DNA of 48,438 nucleotides from an uncultured bacterium (GTDB taxonomy: Bacteria; Patescibacteriota; Minisyncoccia; Phycocordibacterales; PALSA-1337), in assembly GCA_903864905.1 (NCBI GenBank), contig CAIPHR010000073.1:1-48438 (forward strand), written 5' to 3'. A model generated the notes under the pieces. That model was not told the DNA's origin, did not search any database, and saw nothing but the letters and a program-made list of their open reading frames with translations. Position numbers and translations under genes: made by a program. Positions 10,896-20,791 of the stretch are shown piece after piece (within the stretch, counting starts at the first letter, position 1; each line of letters opens with the position of its first letter).

Positions 10896-12146
10896 ATGTG
10901 GAAGAGCAAAATCGGCATAATTATAATTTTTATATCACTAGTGATACCAGTATCTTTCAGTTGTGCTGGTACTATTCTCGCTACGCATAAATATGCTTGG
11001 AGTAATAATATTGGTTATATCAATTTTGAGAATGTGATAGTGAATGATTCCAATCTATCTGGTTTTGCTTGGTCAGAAAAATCTGGCTGGATAAAATTCA
11101 ATCCTGCAAAAGGTGGTGTATATAATGATGGCAATGGTCATCTATCTGGTTTTGCTTGGGGTGAAGGTTTGGGTTGGATCGATTTTAGTGGTGTAAATGT
11201 TAGTACAACTACTGGAAAATTTTCAGGATCCGCTTCTGGACCTCTAGTCGGTACTATCAACTTTGATTGTCCAAATTATTGTGATGTGAGGACTGATTGG
11301 ACAGTTGCACCTATAATACCACCAGTTAATCCTCCTATTACTCCAACCACAACTCCTATTGTTACGCCTGTTATTACATCGACTAGTCACACTAGTAGTG
11401 GTAGCAGAATGTCTCAGACTGCCGGTATCTACAATTCAGTACATGTGGATACTATTGAAAAACCACTAGTTATTGCCCCTCAACAATCTGGTAGTTTGAA
11501 GAAGCAAACACTGAGTGGATTGGTTACTATAGATATTCCAGCCAATAATGTTCTTGGTATAACCACTTTTTTTATTAATCAGGATTTACTTGATACATCA
11601 AATAAGTATTTGGTCTTGGGAAATACTAGATTAATAAACGGTGCATTCTATGATATATATGCTCTCGATCAAAATAGTTTGTACGTTCATTATTTCAATA
11701 AGCCTTTATTTATAACATTACCATTGTCTATCGATCTACAGGATAGAGATGATCTGGGTCTATATTGGTTGAATGAAACCAATTGGAAATGGGTACTCAT
11801 ACCTGATGCAATATTTGGAGATACAAATGTTAGTTTCAGTGTAGATCATCTCACTAAGTTCGCTATTTTTGCTATGCAAAATAGTGATGACGGTAGTGGG
11901 GAAGTAGATAGTTCAAATATTTTATCTACCAATATACCAGAGAGTCTGACTTTGCCTCCTAGTCAGATGTCCAATTATTTGGATAATGAAAAAGCAAAGA
12001 TGGAGGCTGATCAATTGGAGCAATTGAACCTATTGGAGTCAACCAGTACTCTAGTTTCAGAAACATCAAGTGGTATGTGGGCTATTATTTTCCTAGTACT
12101 TGCTATATTTATCATTATTATCTATATGGTGAAGAGAAAGAAATAA
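10896..12146 (+). CDS. Secreted surface protein with GFAWxxxxGWI repeats and C-terminal membrane anchor
   Basis: Signal peptide; 3x (Y/F)AW..GW/YI repeats; P/T linker; C-terminal TM plus KRKK. Confidence 0.8.
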   Translation: MWKSKIGIIIIFISLVIPVSFSCAGTILATHKYAWSNNIGYINFENVIVNDSNLSGFAWSEKSGWIKFNPAKGGVYNDGNGHLSGFAWGEGLGWIDFSGVNVSTTTGKFSGSASGPLVGTINFDCPNYCDVRTDWTVAPIIPPVNPPITPTTTPIVTPVITSTSHTSSGSRMSQTAGIYNSVHVDTIEKPLVIAPQQSGSLKKQTLSGLVTIDIPANNVLGITTFFINQDLLDTSNKYLVLGNTRLINGAFYDIYALDQNSLYVHYFNKPLFITLPLSIDLQDRDDLGLYWLNETNWKWVLIPDAIFGDTNVSFSVDHLTKFAIFAMQNSDDGSGEVDSSNILSTNIPESLTLPPSQMSNYLDNEKAKMEADQLEQLNLLESTSTLVSETSSGMWAIIFLVLAIFIIIIYMVKRKK

Positions 12147-12153
12147 AAAATCA

Positions 12154-12181
12154 AACCCCACTGACCTAAGTCATTGGGGTT
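12154..12181. terminator. Bidirectional terminator between convergent genes
   Basis: AACCCCA-CTGAC-CTAA-GTCAT-TGGGGTT hairpin preceded by an A run. Confidence 0.6.
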
Positions 12182-12207
12182 GAGTGAGTAAAATGAACGT
12201 GGTTCGG

Positions 12208-12909
12208 CTACTCAATACGTTCTTGCCATTTTACGCCAGAACATATGAGGTTATCGAACACTCCATTGTGTTCTATTCTTTCCTTTTCAGAACACAGAAG
12301 CACGGCTATCCGTTTCTGCTCACGATCCCATGGTTTCGAGATATTGTCCTCGAGAAAACCCTTTAGGAATCTAGCTCTGAATGCATCGCAAGCGATGTCT
12401 CGGAAATCGATACGGAGAAACAGTACTGGTTCACTGCGCAGCGAGCGCAGTAAAGCTGGCCACTTCTCTATGAAGTTCATAGAATCAGTCTTTAACTCCA
12501 TAAACTTGGTACTGAGGTCGAAACCTTCCGGCTTCATGTCTTCGTACCAGTTCGGTCTATAGTCAGCGTGGCTGACTCGGATTTTGAATGGAGGGATCGC
12601 TATGTCATTGCTGACATCCTTGCATGCTTGCAATAAAACACGGCGCAAGGTGACGTGATCAGAGACGAACTTCTTGTTCGAGTCTTGATGATGGATCTCG
12701 ATCCGATCACCTCGGTTTGAGAAGAACCAAAAGTCTTGATTCTTTAGTAACTCCTCTATTGTGAGACCCAATTCTGTAGGGCAGTCGATGGGTGGTGCAA
12801 ATAATTCGTCACTACCCCAACATTTAAGGATGTAATGCTCCTCGTGACCCCTGCCTCCGTATCTGGCAGTGATCAGAAGTGTTTTGATAGCTTTATTTTC
12901 CGTATTCAC
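12208..12909 (-). CDS. Hypothetical protein
   Basis: 233-aa ORF, GTG start preceded by GAAAGGAAAAA; no family recognised. Confidence 0.6.
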   Translation of the reverse strand: MNTENKAIKTLLITARYGGRGHEEHYILKCWGSDELFAPPIDCPTELGLTIEELLKNQDFWFFSNRGDRIEIHHQDSNKKFVSDHVTLRRVLLQACKDVSNDIAIPPFKIRVSHADYRPNWYEDMKPEGFDLSTKFMELKTDSMNFIEKWPALLRSLRSEPVLFLRIDFRDIACDAFRARFLKGFLEDNISKPWDREQKRIAVLLCSEKERIEHNGVFDNLICSGVKWQERIE

Positions 12910-12991
12910 TTTTTCCTTTCATTTTTAGTTATTGTTAAATCAAGGTGCTAAAACAATGATAGCACAATATGTGCTGATTGTCAATTTAAGT

Positions 12992-13075
12992 GTTGCGGAC
13001 CTCGGACGTAGTTGGAACCAAATCCTAGGGAATATAAGGGAGTTGTGTAGTCTCGCTGGAGACCGTCAGAGTTAG
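12992..13075 (+). pseudogene. Displaced C-terminal tail of a large serine recombinase-like gene
   Basis: Reads VADLGRSWNQILGNIRELCSLAGDRQS* starting in the att core. Confidence 0.5.
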
Positions 13076-13182
13076 TAATATATCGTCAGTAGCGTAAGTG
13101 ATTGAATAGGCATGATGAATATAATCGGGCGTTAGAAAACCTTTTATTTTATGGATAAAAATGGTAGATTTAGGTTACTTCT

Positions 13183-13575
13183 ATGGGAATTTTGGATTTG
13201 AACAATATAAAGGAGGCTCTCCAAATAGCAGGCAAAATTGAATTTTATCCTCAAATTTTGGAAATGCAAGAAAAACTTCTAGATCAACATAAAAGGATCT
13301 CTGATTTGGAGGCGGAAAAAAAAGGTTTGGTGGAGAAACTGGAAATTCAGGGATCTATTCTTTTTGAAAACAACGCTTATTGGATAGAGAAAAGTGGCAA
13401 AAAAGATGGACCATATTGCTCATGTTGCTGGGATGATCAAAAAAAGCCAATAAGAATGCATCCTTGTGGTAATCCAGCGGTTTATGAATGCCCGAAGTGC
13501 AAAAGTAGGGTTGTAGTATATTCTAGTCGAGATAATCCTCCTCGTGCCGCTCAATTTATACCCGATTACATGTAA
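13183..13575 (+). CDS. Hypothetical protein, coiled coil plus C-terminal zinc ribbon
   Basis: CSCCWD...CPKC motifs; ends 3 nt before mod. Confidence 0.75.
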   Translation: MGILDLNNIKEALQIAGKIEFYPQILEMQEKLLDQHKRISDLEAEKKGLVEKLEIQGSILFENNAYWIEKSGKKDGPYCSCCWDDQKKPIRMHPCGNPAVYECPKCKSRVVVYSSRDNPPRAAQFIPDYM

Positions 13576-13578
13576 TTT

Positions 13579-15687
13579 ATGAAACTCACCGACAACGAAA
13601 AACGCGATGCTATCAAATACCTCGAATCCGGCAAGCCCCTTCCGGAAAAGTATCGTTTTTTATTGTTTGATGACGACCGTGAGGTAGAGCTTCTGTGGAA
13701 TGGTAAGTCCAATGAAGTTACCAATGTCGTTCTGCCGTTTCAGACTATAGAGCAGATAGATGAGCCGAGAAGCAATGACAAGATCGGTTTGCAGGACTCA
13801 CTTTTTGATACTTCAGGAAGACAGATTACCGGCTGGACCAATAAATTGATTTGGGGAGATAACAAACTTATCCTTTCATCGCTCAAGAATGGACCGATGA
13901 GGAAGGAGATCGAAGCCCAAGGCGGTCTCAAGCTCATTTACATCGATCCTCCGTTTGATGTTGGTGCTGATTTTTCCATGGATATTAAGATCGGTGACGG
14001 GGAAGATGAAGAAAGTTTTACAAAGAAGCCCTCAGTCATTGAGGAAATAGCCTATCGTGACACTTGGGGCAAGGGTGCCGACAGTTTTATTGCAATGATT
14101 TATGAGCGATTAAAGTTGATGCATGATTTGCTGGCGGAGGATGGGAGTATTTATGTGCATTGTGATTGGAGAGTCAGTGCCTTTATGAGATTGGTCTTAG
14201 ATGAAGTTTTTGGCAGTGATAACTTTAAAAATGAAATAATCATTCATTATACAGCCGTTGGTCTGAAGGCAAAATCAAAGAAGTTTCATCAAAATACTGA
14301 AAATATATATTATTTTGTCAAAAATAGAGAGCGAGCTCCATACAACGAAGTGTTTGAAAAATTAGATACACCAAGAACTGCCAGTAAGCATCATTTTGAT
14401 TCAGAGACAGGAAAGGCTAGTCGTGTTAGAGATGAAAATGGGAATATTCAGTATTTTGAGGTCTGGGAAAACAAGGTTGATAATTTTATTGAGGTTCCAG
14501 CATTGCGAGGAGAACAAAAGCTTGGATATCCTACACAAAAGGCAGAGATATTATTAGAAAGAATTATCAAAGCTTCCTCAAACGATGGTGATCTCGTAGC
14601 TGACTTTTTCTGCGGTTCCGGCACAACACTAGCAGTAGCTGAAAAACTGAGAAGAAAATGGATCGGGACTGACCTTGGGAAATTTGGCATTCATACGACG
14701 CGTAAGAGAATGGTTGGGGTGCAGAGGGAACTCAAGAAAGAGGGTAAGAATTTCAGAGCCTTTGAAATATTGAACTTGGGCAGGTATGAGAGGGATAATT
14801 TTGTAAATGTCAGCGGCGATTTGAGGGAAGAGGAAAAACAAAAAGTGCAGGAACGAAAGGAGCAGGAATTCATCAAACTGATCCTCACCGCCTATAAAGC
14901 CGAAGCTGTGACCTCCTATGATACTTTTGTGGGTAAGAAGCGCGATAGGCTAGTCGCCATCGGACCGATCAACACCCCAGTATCGTCACAGTTCATAGAT
15001 CGGATCCTGGAAGAGTGTGTGATGAATAAGGTTACGAAAGTAGACATACTGGGGTTTGACTACGAGATGGGATTGGATACATCCAAGGCAAAGGAGTATG
15101 GTATCGATGTACAACTCAAGGTTATTCCGAGAGAGGTTTTCGACAAGAAAGCCGTGGAGAAAGGGCAGGTCAAATTTTACGATGTCGCCTTCATAGAAGT
15201 CGAAGCGATCAAAAAAGGCCAAGGCAAAATTGTGGAAGTGACGATTAAGCTCAATGACTTCTCGGTATTCTATAATCAAGATGATTCCGGAGAGATCGAA
15301 GAAGCTTTGAAACCGGGAAGCTCAAAAGTTATCGTCGAGAATGGTCAGGTGGTGAAGTTAAGCAAGGATAAAAAGACAGAGCTTATCTCAAAGGAAGTTT
15401 TGACCAAGAAATGGAGTGATTGGATCGATTATTGGGCGGTGGACTTTGATTTTGCCAGCAGAAAAGAGATCGTCAAAGAGATGGATAAGGACGGCAAAGA
15501 GGCGGAGAAATGGACGGGGGACTATATTTTCGACAATGAATGGCAGAGCTTCAGAACAAAGAAGAATCGCAATCTTGAGCTAGTCTCGGCTCCGAAAGAT
15601 CTGCCGAAAGGCAACTATAAAATGGCTATAAAGGTCGTTGATATTTTTGGTAATGATACGACGAAGGTGATAGAGGTTAAGATATAA
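13579..15687 (+). CDS. mod: Type III restriction-modification N6-adenine methyltransferase
   Basis: [21 protein letters not shown] in beta-class order; linked to Res. Confidence 0.93.
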   Translation: MKLTDNEKRDAIKYLESGKPLPEKYRFLLFDDDREVELLWNGKSNEVTNVVLPFQTIEQIDEPRSNDKIGLQDSLFDTSGRQITGWTNKLIWGDNKLILSSLKNGPMRKEIEAQGGLKLIYIDPPFDVGADFSMDIKIGDGEDEESFTKKPSVIEEIAYRDTWGKGADSFIAMIYERLKLMHDLLAEDGSIYVHCDWRVSAFMRLVLDEVFGSDNFKNEIIIHYTAVGLKAKSKKFHQNTENIYYFVKNRERAPYNEVFEKLDTPRTASKHHFDSETGKASRVRDENGNIQYFEVWENKVDNFIEVPALRGEQKLGYPTQKAEILLERIIKASSNDGDLVADFFCGSGTTLAVAEKLRRKWIGTDLGKFGIHTTRKRMVGVQRELKKEGKNFRAFEILNLGRYERDNFVNVSGDLREEEKQKVQERKEQEFIKLILTAYKAEAVTSYDTFVGKKRDRLVAIGPINTPVSSQFIDRILEECVMNKVTKVDILGFDYEMGLDTSKAKEYGIDVQLKVIPREVFDKKAVEKGQVKFYDVAFIEVEAIKKGQGKIVEVTIKLNDFSVFYNQDDSGEIEEALKPGSSKVIVENGQVVKLSKDKKTELISKEVLTKKWSDWIDYWAVDFDFASRKEIVKEMDKDGKEAEKWTGDYIFDNEWQSFRTKKNRNLELVSAPKDLPKGNYKMAIKVVDIFGNDTTKVIEVKI

Positions 15688-15691
15688 ATGT

Positions 15692-15901
15692 ATGTATAGA
15701 ACTTCCGTAAATTCAACAAATATCACATCTATAGGCTATGAAGCTCAAACGGCCACTTTGGAAGTGGAGTTTACTTCTGGAGATGTATATCAGTATTTCA
15801 ATGTACCCGAGTACCTATATCAACAGTTTTTGAACGCATCCTCTCATGGACAATTTCTGAACGATCACATCAGATATAGTTATCGCTATCAGAAGGTATG
15901 A
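15692..15901 (+). CDS. KTSC domain protein
   Basis: S.NI.SIGY....TLEVEF.SG.VYQYFNVP...Y..FLNASS.G.F pattern. Confidence 0.92.
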   Translation: MYRTSVNSTNITSIGYEAQTATLEVEFTSGDVYQYFNVPEYLYQQFLNASSHGQFLNDHIRYSYRYQKV

Positions 15902-15908
15902 TAATGCC

Positions 15909-16685
15909 ATGTTTACACCAAAAACAGAAAAAATTAAAGATATTGTAATCGATAAACAAGAAGTCATCACGCAACTTGAGAGCATTTTTACTGCAAAGAC
16001 CAGGATATACATTGATTACGCCAATGTCAGACCATGGAGCGTAAAGCTCGGTTGGCATATTGATCTGAAGCGACTTAAACAGTTTCTAGACTCATTCAAC
16101 ACGATCGAGGCTGTGAATTTTTACAATGGTTATTTGGTCGGCGATGAAAGGTCGGAGAAGGAGAAGAAAGAGGCTGAAGATAATAAATATATTCTCCGAA
16201 CAAAGCCGGTAAAGATCCTTACGTTCTCTATTGACGCGACGAGTGTTCTTCCTGACTCGACGGTCTTGCTTGATCAATTCGTCAGTCGGGCTCTCCTGAA
16301 AAAATACGAGATATCCACTATCGAGTATCTCAATGAAAAGTTCAAGGATATGAATAAAAAAGGGGAGTACACCATCGAAGAAAAAAAGTGCAATTTCGAT
16401 GTCGAAATAGGAGTAAACATGCTTCTTGATTGTGAACGAAAAAGCGCAGATACTTTTGTCTTGTGGAGCGGTGACAGTGATTTTGCCGATTCGATTGAGA
16501 AACTTATGAGTGCTGGGAAGAAAGTCTTTTTGTTCGCAACGGCGAGGAAGGTTTCAAGAGAACTATCGGCTCTAGCTAGCAAAGGACTGATGGTTTTTGA
16601 CATTCAGAAGATCCGTGATTTTATATGCTGGAAAAAGGAGATAGAACGCAAAGGGGACCCCGGTAAAGAGGCCCCCAAGCAGTAG
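15909..16685 (+). CDS. NYN (LabA/DUF88, PIN-like) domain protein
   Basis: IYIDYAN, KCNFDVEI, LWSGDSDF, S.EL acidic motifs. Confidence 0.9.
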   Translation: MFTPKTEKIKDIVIDKQEVITQLESIFTAKTRIYIDYANVRPWSVKLGWHIDLKRLKQFLDSFNTIEAVNFYNGYLVGDERSEKEKKEAEDNKYILRTKPVKILTFSIDATSVLPDSTVLLDQFVSRALLKKYEISTIEYLNEKFKDMNKKGEYTIEEKKCNFDVEIGVNMLLDCERKSADTFVLWSGDSDFADSIEKLMSAGKKVFLFATARKVSRELSALASKGLMVFDIQKIRDFICWKKEIERKGDPGKEAPKQ

Positions 16686-16706
16686 AATTAGTGATCTTGC
16701 GATCAC
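16650..16706 (-). ncRNA. Candidate small RNA convergent with the NYN gene
   Basis: Minus-strand TTGCTT-17nt-TATTGT promoter with TG extension (16739-16711); GTGATC-GCAA-GATCAC hairpin; GC-rich terminator hairpin. Confidence 0.5.
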
Positions 16707-16762
16707 GTACACAATAGCAGAAAAGAGTCTAAAAAGCAAGTTATCCACAGAAATCAAAATAT

Positions 16763-19447
16763 ATGGCCCTACACCCCAATTTTCCGAAAGACCCATATGC
16801 AATCATGGACCCGAGCATCCGGTGGTTTCCTGCTGACGAGGATTTGCGTGAAAAAGGCTTTGATAAGCTGATACCGCCGCTAGTGGCTGATCTGCGCAAG
16901 AAAGTAAAAGATTGGAGGGATAAGAGCTATGATGGCGCAAGCGCGACTTCCAAATCGCTGCTGAACTGGTGGTTCAAAGAAGATCATATCTTAGCTGATC
17001 AAAAAGGCGTCACTTATAACTTCAGATATTATTTCGCGCAGAGAGAGGCCGTAGAAACAGTCGTATGGCTATATGAAGTGGCGAAAGTAAAGGATAACCA
17101 TCATATGATCCGTTATAACTCGACCGGCGTTATAAGCGCGCAAATGTTCACTGAAGAATGGTTGAGGTTCGTCATAAAGATGGCCACAGGCGCCGGCAAG
17201 ACAAAAGTTATGAGTCTCGCTATTGCATGGGCTTATTTCCATAAGCTCTATGAGAAAGATTCCAATCTATCCAAGAATTTTCTTCTCATAACCCCCAATG
17301 TCATCGTCTTTGAAAGGATAAAGAACGATTTTGAAGGATTGAAAATATTCATGACTGACCCAGTTCTACCTGATAACGGATATCAGGGACAGAACTGGAG
17401 AGATGATTTTCAGGTGACATTGCATCTTCAGGACGATCTCCGGAGCATTTCAGACACGGGAAATATCTTTTTGACCAATATACACAGGGTCTTTGAAAGC
17501 GATATAAATGAAAGAAGTGCAGAAGATGAAGATTCATCGGATTATTTCCTTGGCGAAAAGCCAGTGACTAAAACAAATGATTCGACTGTAGATTTGGGAA
17601 TGATAGTAAGGGATATGGATGAATTGATAGTAATCAATGACGAGGCGCATCATCTACATGATGAAAAATCTGCATGGGTAAAGTCTATCGAGGATATTCA
17701 TAACCGTTTGAAGCTCAAAGGAAACAGATTGGCACTGCAGTTGGATTTGACCGCAACACCAAAGAAGAACGACGGCTCGATTTTCGTACAGACGATCTCC
17801 GATTATCCCTTGGTCGAAGCCATACATCAACGCATAGTAAAGAATCCTGTGGTTCCTGATGCTGCCAGCCGTGGAAAGTTGAAGGAGAATCAAAGCGCTT
17901 TATTCAGCGAGAAATATAGGGATTATATAAACCTCGGCATTGAAGAGTGGAGAAAGACTTATAAAACTTTTGAGCCGACAGGGAAGAAATCGATCTTGTT
18001 CATCATGACTGATGATACCAAGAATTGCGACGAGGTCGCCGAATATATACAGACGAGCTTCGCTGACTTAAAAGGCGCAGTATTGACTATCCATACTAAC
18101 AAGAGCGGTGAGATCTCGGAAAGCGTGACAGGGAAAAATAAAGAAGAGCTGGATAAATTGAGAAAACAGTCAAACGATATCGATAGCTGGGAGAGTCCCT
18201 ATAAAGTTATCGTGTCCGTGCTCATGCTCAAGGAAGGGTGGGACGTAAAAAATGTTACTACTATCGTCGGACTCAGGCCGTATGCAGCCGATTCCAAGAT
18301 ATTGCCAGAACAAACACTAGGAAGAGGTCTACGCCGAATGTTTTTCGGTGACGATAGTATTGAAGAATATGTAAGCGTTGTAGGTACACCTGCATTTATG
18401 GAATTCGTTGAGTCAATAAATGGGGAAGGTGTTATCTTGGAGCATAAACCGATGGGAATTGGTTCAGAACCAATCACACCTACTGTAATCGAGGTTGATA
18501 AGGATAATCCCAAAAAAGATATTGAGAAGCTGGATATCGAGATTCCGGTGATGTCTCCGCGAATTCAGAGAGAATACAAGAATCTCGTCGAGTTGGATGT
18601 TTCAAAATTTGGCAATAAGAAAGTGTCGGTTAAGGTCTTTTCTGAACAGGAAAAACGCGAAATAGTCTTCAAGGATGTTGTGGGCGAAAAGACTCATCAT
18701 ACGACCATACTTACCGGAGAGATCGAGCCGAACTATCAAAGCGTCGTCGGATTTTTCGCTCAAGCGATTATGAGAGATCTAAGGCTTTTCGGATGTTATG
18801 ACATCTTGTTCGGCAAAGTAAAAGAATTTATAGGCAACCACATGTTCGATAAGCCCATCGAACTGTCTGATCTGAATACGCTTAGAAATCTATCCGAAAT
18901 CGAACACATAAAGCTGATCAAGGAATCTTTCAAGAAGGCTATCAACGAGCTTACTGTTCAAGATAAAGGAGATACGGAGATAAAGAATTATATAAAAATA
19001 AGCGAGGCTCGTCCGTTCGTTGTGAACAATAAGTCCTATTTATTGCCCAAAAAGTCTGTCTTCAACAAGATTGTCGGCGATAGCGATTTCGAGCTTGAGT
19101 TCTCCAATTTTATCGAGAACTGCGATGATGTGATCTCATTCTCAAAGAATTTCCAGAATAAAGAGGCAAGCGCACTCCGCATTGAATATAAAAATGCCGA
19201 GGGATTCATCGCTACCTATTATCCTGACTTCTTTGTTAAGAAAGACGATAAAACTGTCTATATCATCGAGACAAAGGGAAGAGAGGAGGAAGATGATAAG
19301 CTGAAATTCGAGAGGCTCCTTAAGTGGTGCGAGGATGTAAATGATAGACAAACCAAGATGGTCTACAAAGCCTTGTATATTAGACAAGAAGAATGGAACA
19401 AAGATAAAGTTAAGAACTTTGAAGAATTAACCTCCGTTTATAAATAA
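16763..19447 (+). CDS. res: Type III restriction endonuclease Res subunit
   Basis: MATGAGKT, DEAHH, LTATP, EGWD, QTLGRGLR; C-terminal YYPDF...IIETKG nuclease motif. Confidence 0.93.
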   Translation: MALHPNFPKDPYAIMDPSIRWFPADEDLREKGFDKLIPPLVADLRKKVKDWRDKSYDGASATSKSLLNWWFKEDHILADQKGVTYNFRYYFAQREAVETVVWLYEVAKVKDNHHMIRYNSTGVISAQMFTEEWLRFVIKMATGAGKTKVMSLAIAWAYFHKLYEKDSNLSKNFLLITPNVIVFERIKNDFEGLKIFMTDPVLPDNGYQGQNWRDDFQVTLHLQDDLRSISDTGNIFLTNIHRVFESDINERSAEDEDSSDYFLGEKPVTKTNDSTVDLGMIVRDMDELIVINDEAHHLHDEKSAWVKSIEDIHNRLKLKGNRLALQLDLTATPKKNDGSIFVQTISDYPLVEAIHQRIVKNPVVPDAASRGKLKENQSALFSEKYRDYINLGIEEWRKTYKTFEPTGKKSILFIMTDDTKNCDEVAEYIQTSFADLKGAVLTIHTNKSGEISESVTGKNKEELDKLRKQSNDIDSWESPYKVIVSVLMLKEGWDVKNVTTIVGLRPYAADSKILPEQTLGRGLRRMFFGDDSIEEYVSVVGTPAFMEFVESINGEGVILEHKPMGIGSEPITPTVIEVDKDNPKKDIEKLDIEIPVMSPRIQREYKNLVELDVSKFGNKKVSVKVFSEQEKREIVFKDVVGEKTHHTTILTGEIEPNYQSVVGFFAQAIMRDLRLFGCYDILFGKVKEFIGNHMFDKPIELSDLNTLRNLSEIEHIKLIKESFKKAINELTVQDKGDTEIKNYIKISEARPFVVNNKSYLLPKKSVFNKIVGDSDFELEFSNFIENCDDVISFSKNFQNKEASALRIEYKNAEGFIATYYPDFFVKKDDKTVYIIETKGREEEDDKLKFERLLKWCEDVNDRQTKMVYKALYIRQEEWNKDKVKNFEELTSVYK

Positions 19448-19448
19448 T

Positions 19449-19979
19449 ATGGGACCACTGATTGTCATCATAGTAATAGTTGTTGTCATCCTGTGGTATC
19501 GGAGGAGAAATAAACCTCACGCAGAGAACAAATTTGATGTCCACGCATTTCTTCATGCCCAACCCAGTTACGATCTTAACATCTATAAAAAGAAACAATA
19601 TCTGTTTGACACCTCGTCAGAGTTTCTTTTTTTCAATATTGTCACCGAAATTATTGGTGCTGATTATTATGTTTTTCCTCAAATAAATTATTCACACATT
19701 ATTGCTACTCGGTCTGGATCATCCTATGAAAATCGAAGATATAGAAGTCATATTGAAAAAAAGTCAGCTGATTTTGTAGTATGTGACAAAAAGACGTGTA
19801 TGCCTCTGTTGGTTATCGATTTGGACGGATCAGTGCATGATAGGCCAGATATACATGAAAAAGATGTCGAGATAGATGAAATACTTAAGGCTATTAATTT
19901 GCCAATACTGCGATTGACTAATGAGGAGTCAAAAGATAGGGAATTAGTTAAGGAGAAAATCTTTAAGATAATTAGATGA
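19449..19979 (+). CDS. DUF2726 family protein (PD-(D/E)XK-like, membrane-anchored)
   Basis: TM helix; VFPQI, ADFVVCD...LLVIDLDGSVH...KD...LPILR. Confidence 0.85.
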   Translation: MGPLIVIIVIVVVILWYRRRNKPHAENKFDVHAFLHAQPSYDLNIYKKKQYLFDTSSEFLFFNIVTEIIGADYYVFPQINYSHIIATRSGSSYENRRYRSHIEKKSADFVVCDKKTCMPLLVIDLDGSVHDRPDIHEKDVEIDEILKAINLPILRLTNEESKDRELVKEKIFKIIR

Positions 19980-20749
19980 TACAAAATATCTTTTCACATT
20001 ATTGGTCATACGGTCCCTTACAAACATATCTAGCAGTAGCTTTCAGCTTCTTACTTATTTTGCCGTACATGTGGTATTGGACACGGGAAAGCGATAAAAC
20101 TAGAAGGATGGTACTTGTGGTGATAGCGAGTGGTGTGATTATCGTTCCAGCCAGTATTTATCTAGAATATTTGGTCCACAATAAAATCATATACCAGGCA
20201 CTGTTTGAAGAATCTCTGAAACTAATAATGTTATTAGTTTTTATTTACTTATTTAGAATAGATAAGAAGAACATAATTGTTTATGGAATATTGATAGCTC
20301 TAGGTTTTGCATTTTTTGAGAATGCTATTTTTGCACTTCAACCATTATCGGAGTCGTTGACTTCCATGGGTATTCTGTTGATTAATCGATTCATGGGCGC
20401 AACGAATTTACACATATTAACAACAGGGCTTATTAGCCTGGCTATCTCACAGTATTATTCTTCGAAGCGGTCTAGAATATTTCTAATTTTGGTTCCCGTC
20501 TATTTTGTTACTTCCGTCGTACTTCATTCGGGGTTTAATTCATTAGTATCGGGCAATTCAATCATATGGTACGCTTTTGCCATTATTTGGTTTTTCTCTA
20601 TTCTGTTTGTTTGTTTGAAATATAGCTATGACTTATCAGTCAATCATGAAGTGTTTCAGTACAACAAATTCTCTGAAAATATCTATATATTTTTAATTAT
20701 AGCGATAGGTGTACCACTGGTGGCAAGTTATTTCCTCAGTATAGTTTAA
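19976..20749 (+). CDS. PrsW family intramembrane metalloprotease
   Basis: EESLK, ALGFAFFEN, H and LHSGFN motifs; multiple TM helices. Confidence 0.85.
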   Translation: MIQNIFSHYWSYGPLQTYLAVAFSFLLILPYMWYWTRESDKTRRMVLVVIASGVIIVPASIYLEYLVHNKIIYQALFEESLKLIMLLVFIYLFRIDKKNIIVYGILIALGFAFFENAIFALQPLSESLTSMGILLINRFMGATNLHILTTGLISLAISQYYSSKRSRIFLILVPVYFVTSVVLHSGFNSLVSGNSIIWYAFAIIWFFSILFVCLKYSYDLSVNHEVFQYNKFSENIYIFLIIAIGVPLVASYFLSIV

Positions 20750-20791
20750 AGTCTGATTAGCATTTTTCTAGAATCGGCATATAATTAGCCC

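Noticed and set aside
16741..16749. Perfect DnaA box TTATCCACA
   Set aside because: Single box inside an accessory island, with no box cluster or dnaA nearby; not oriC
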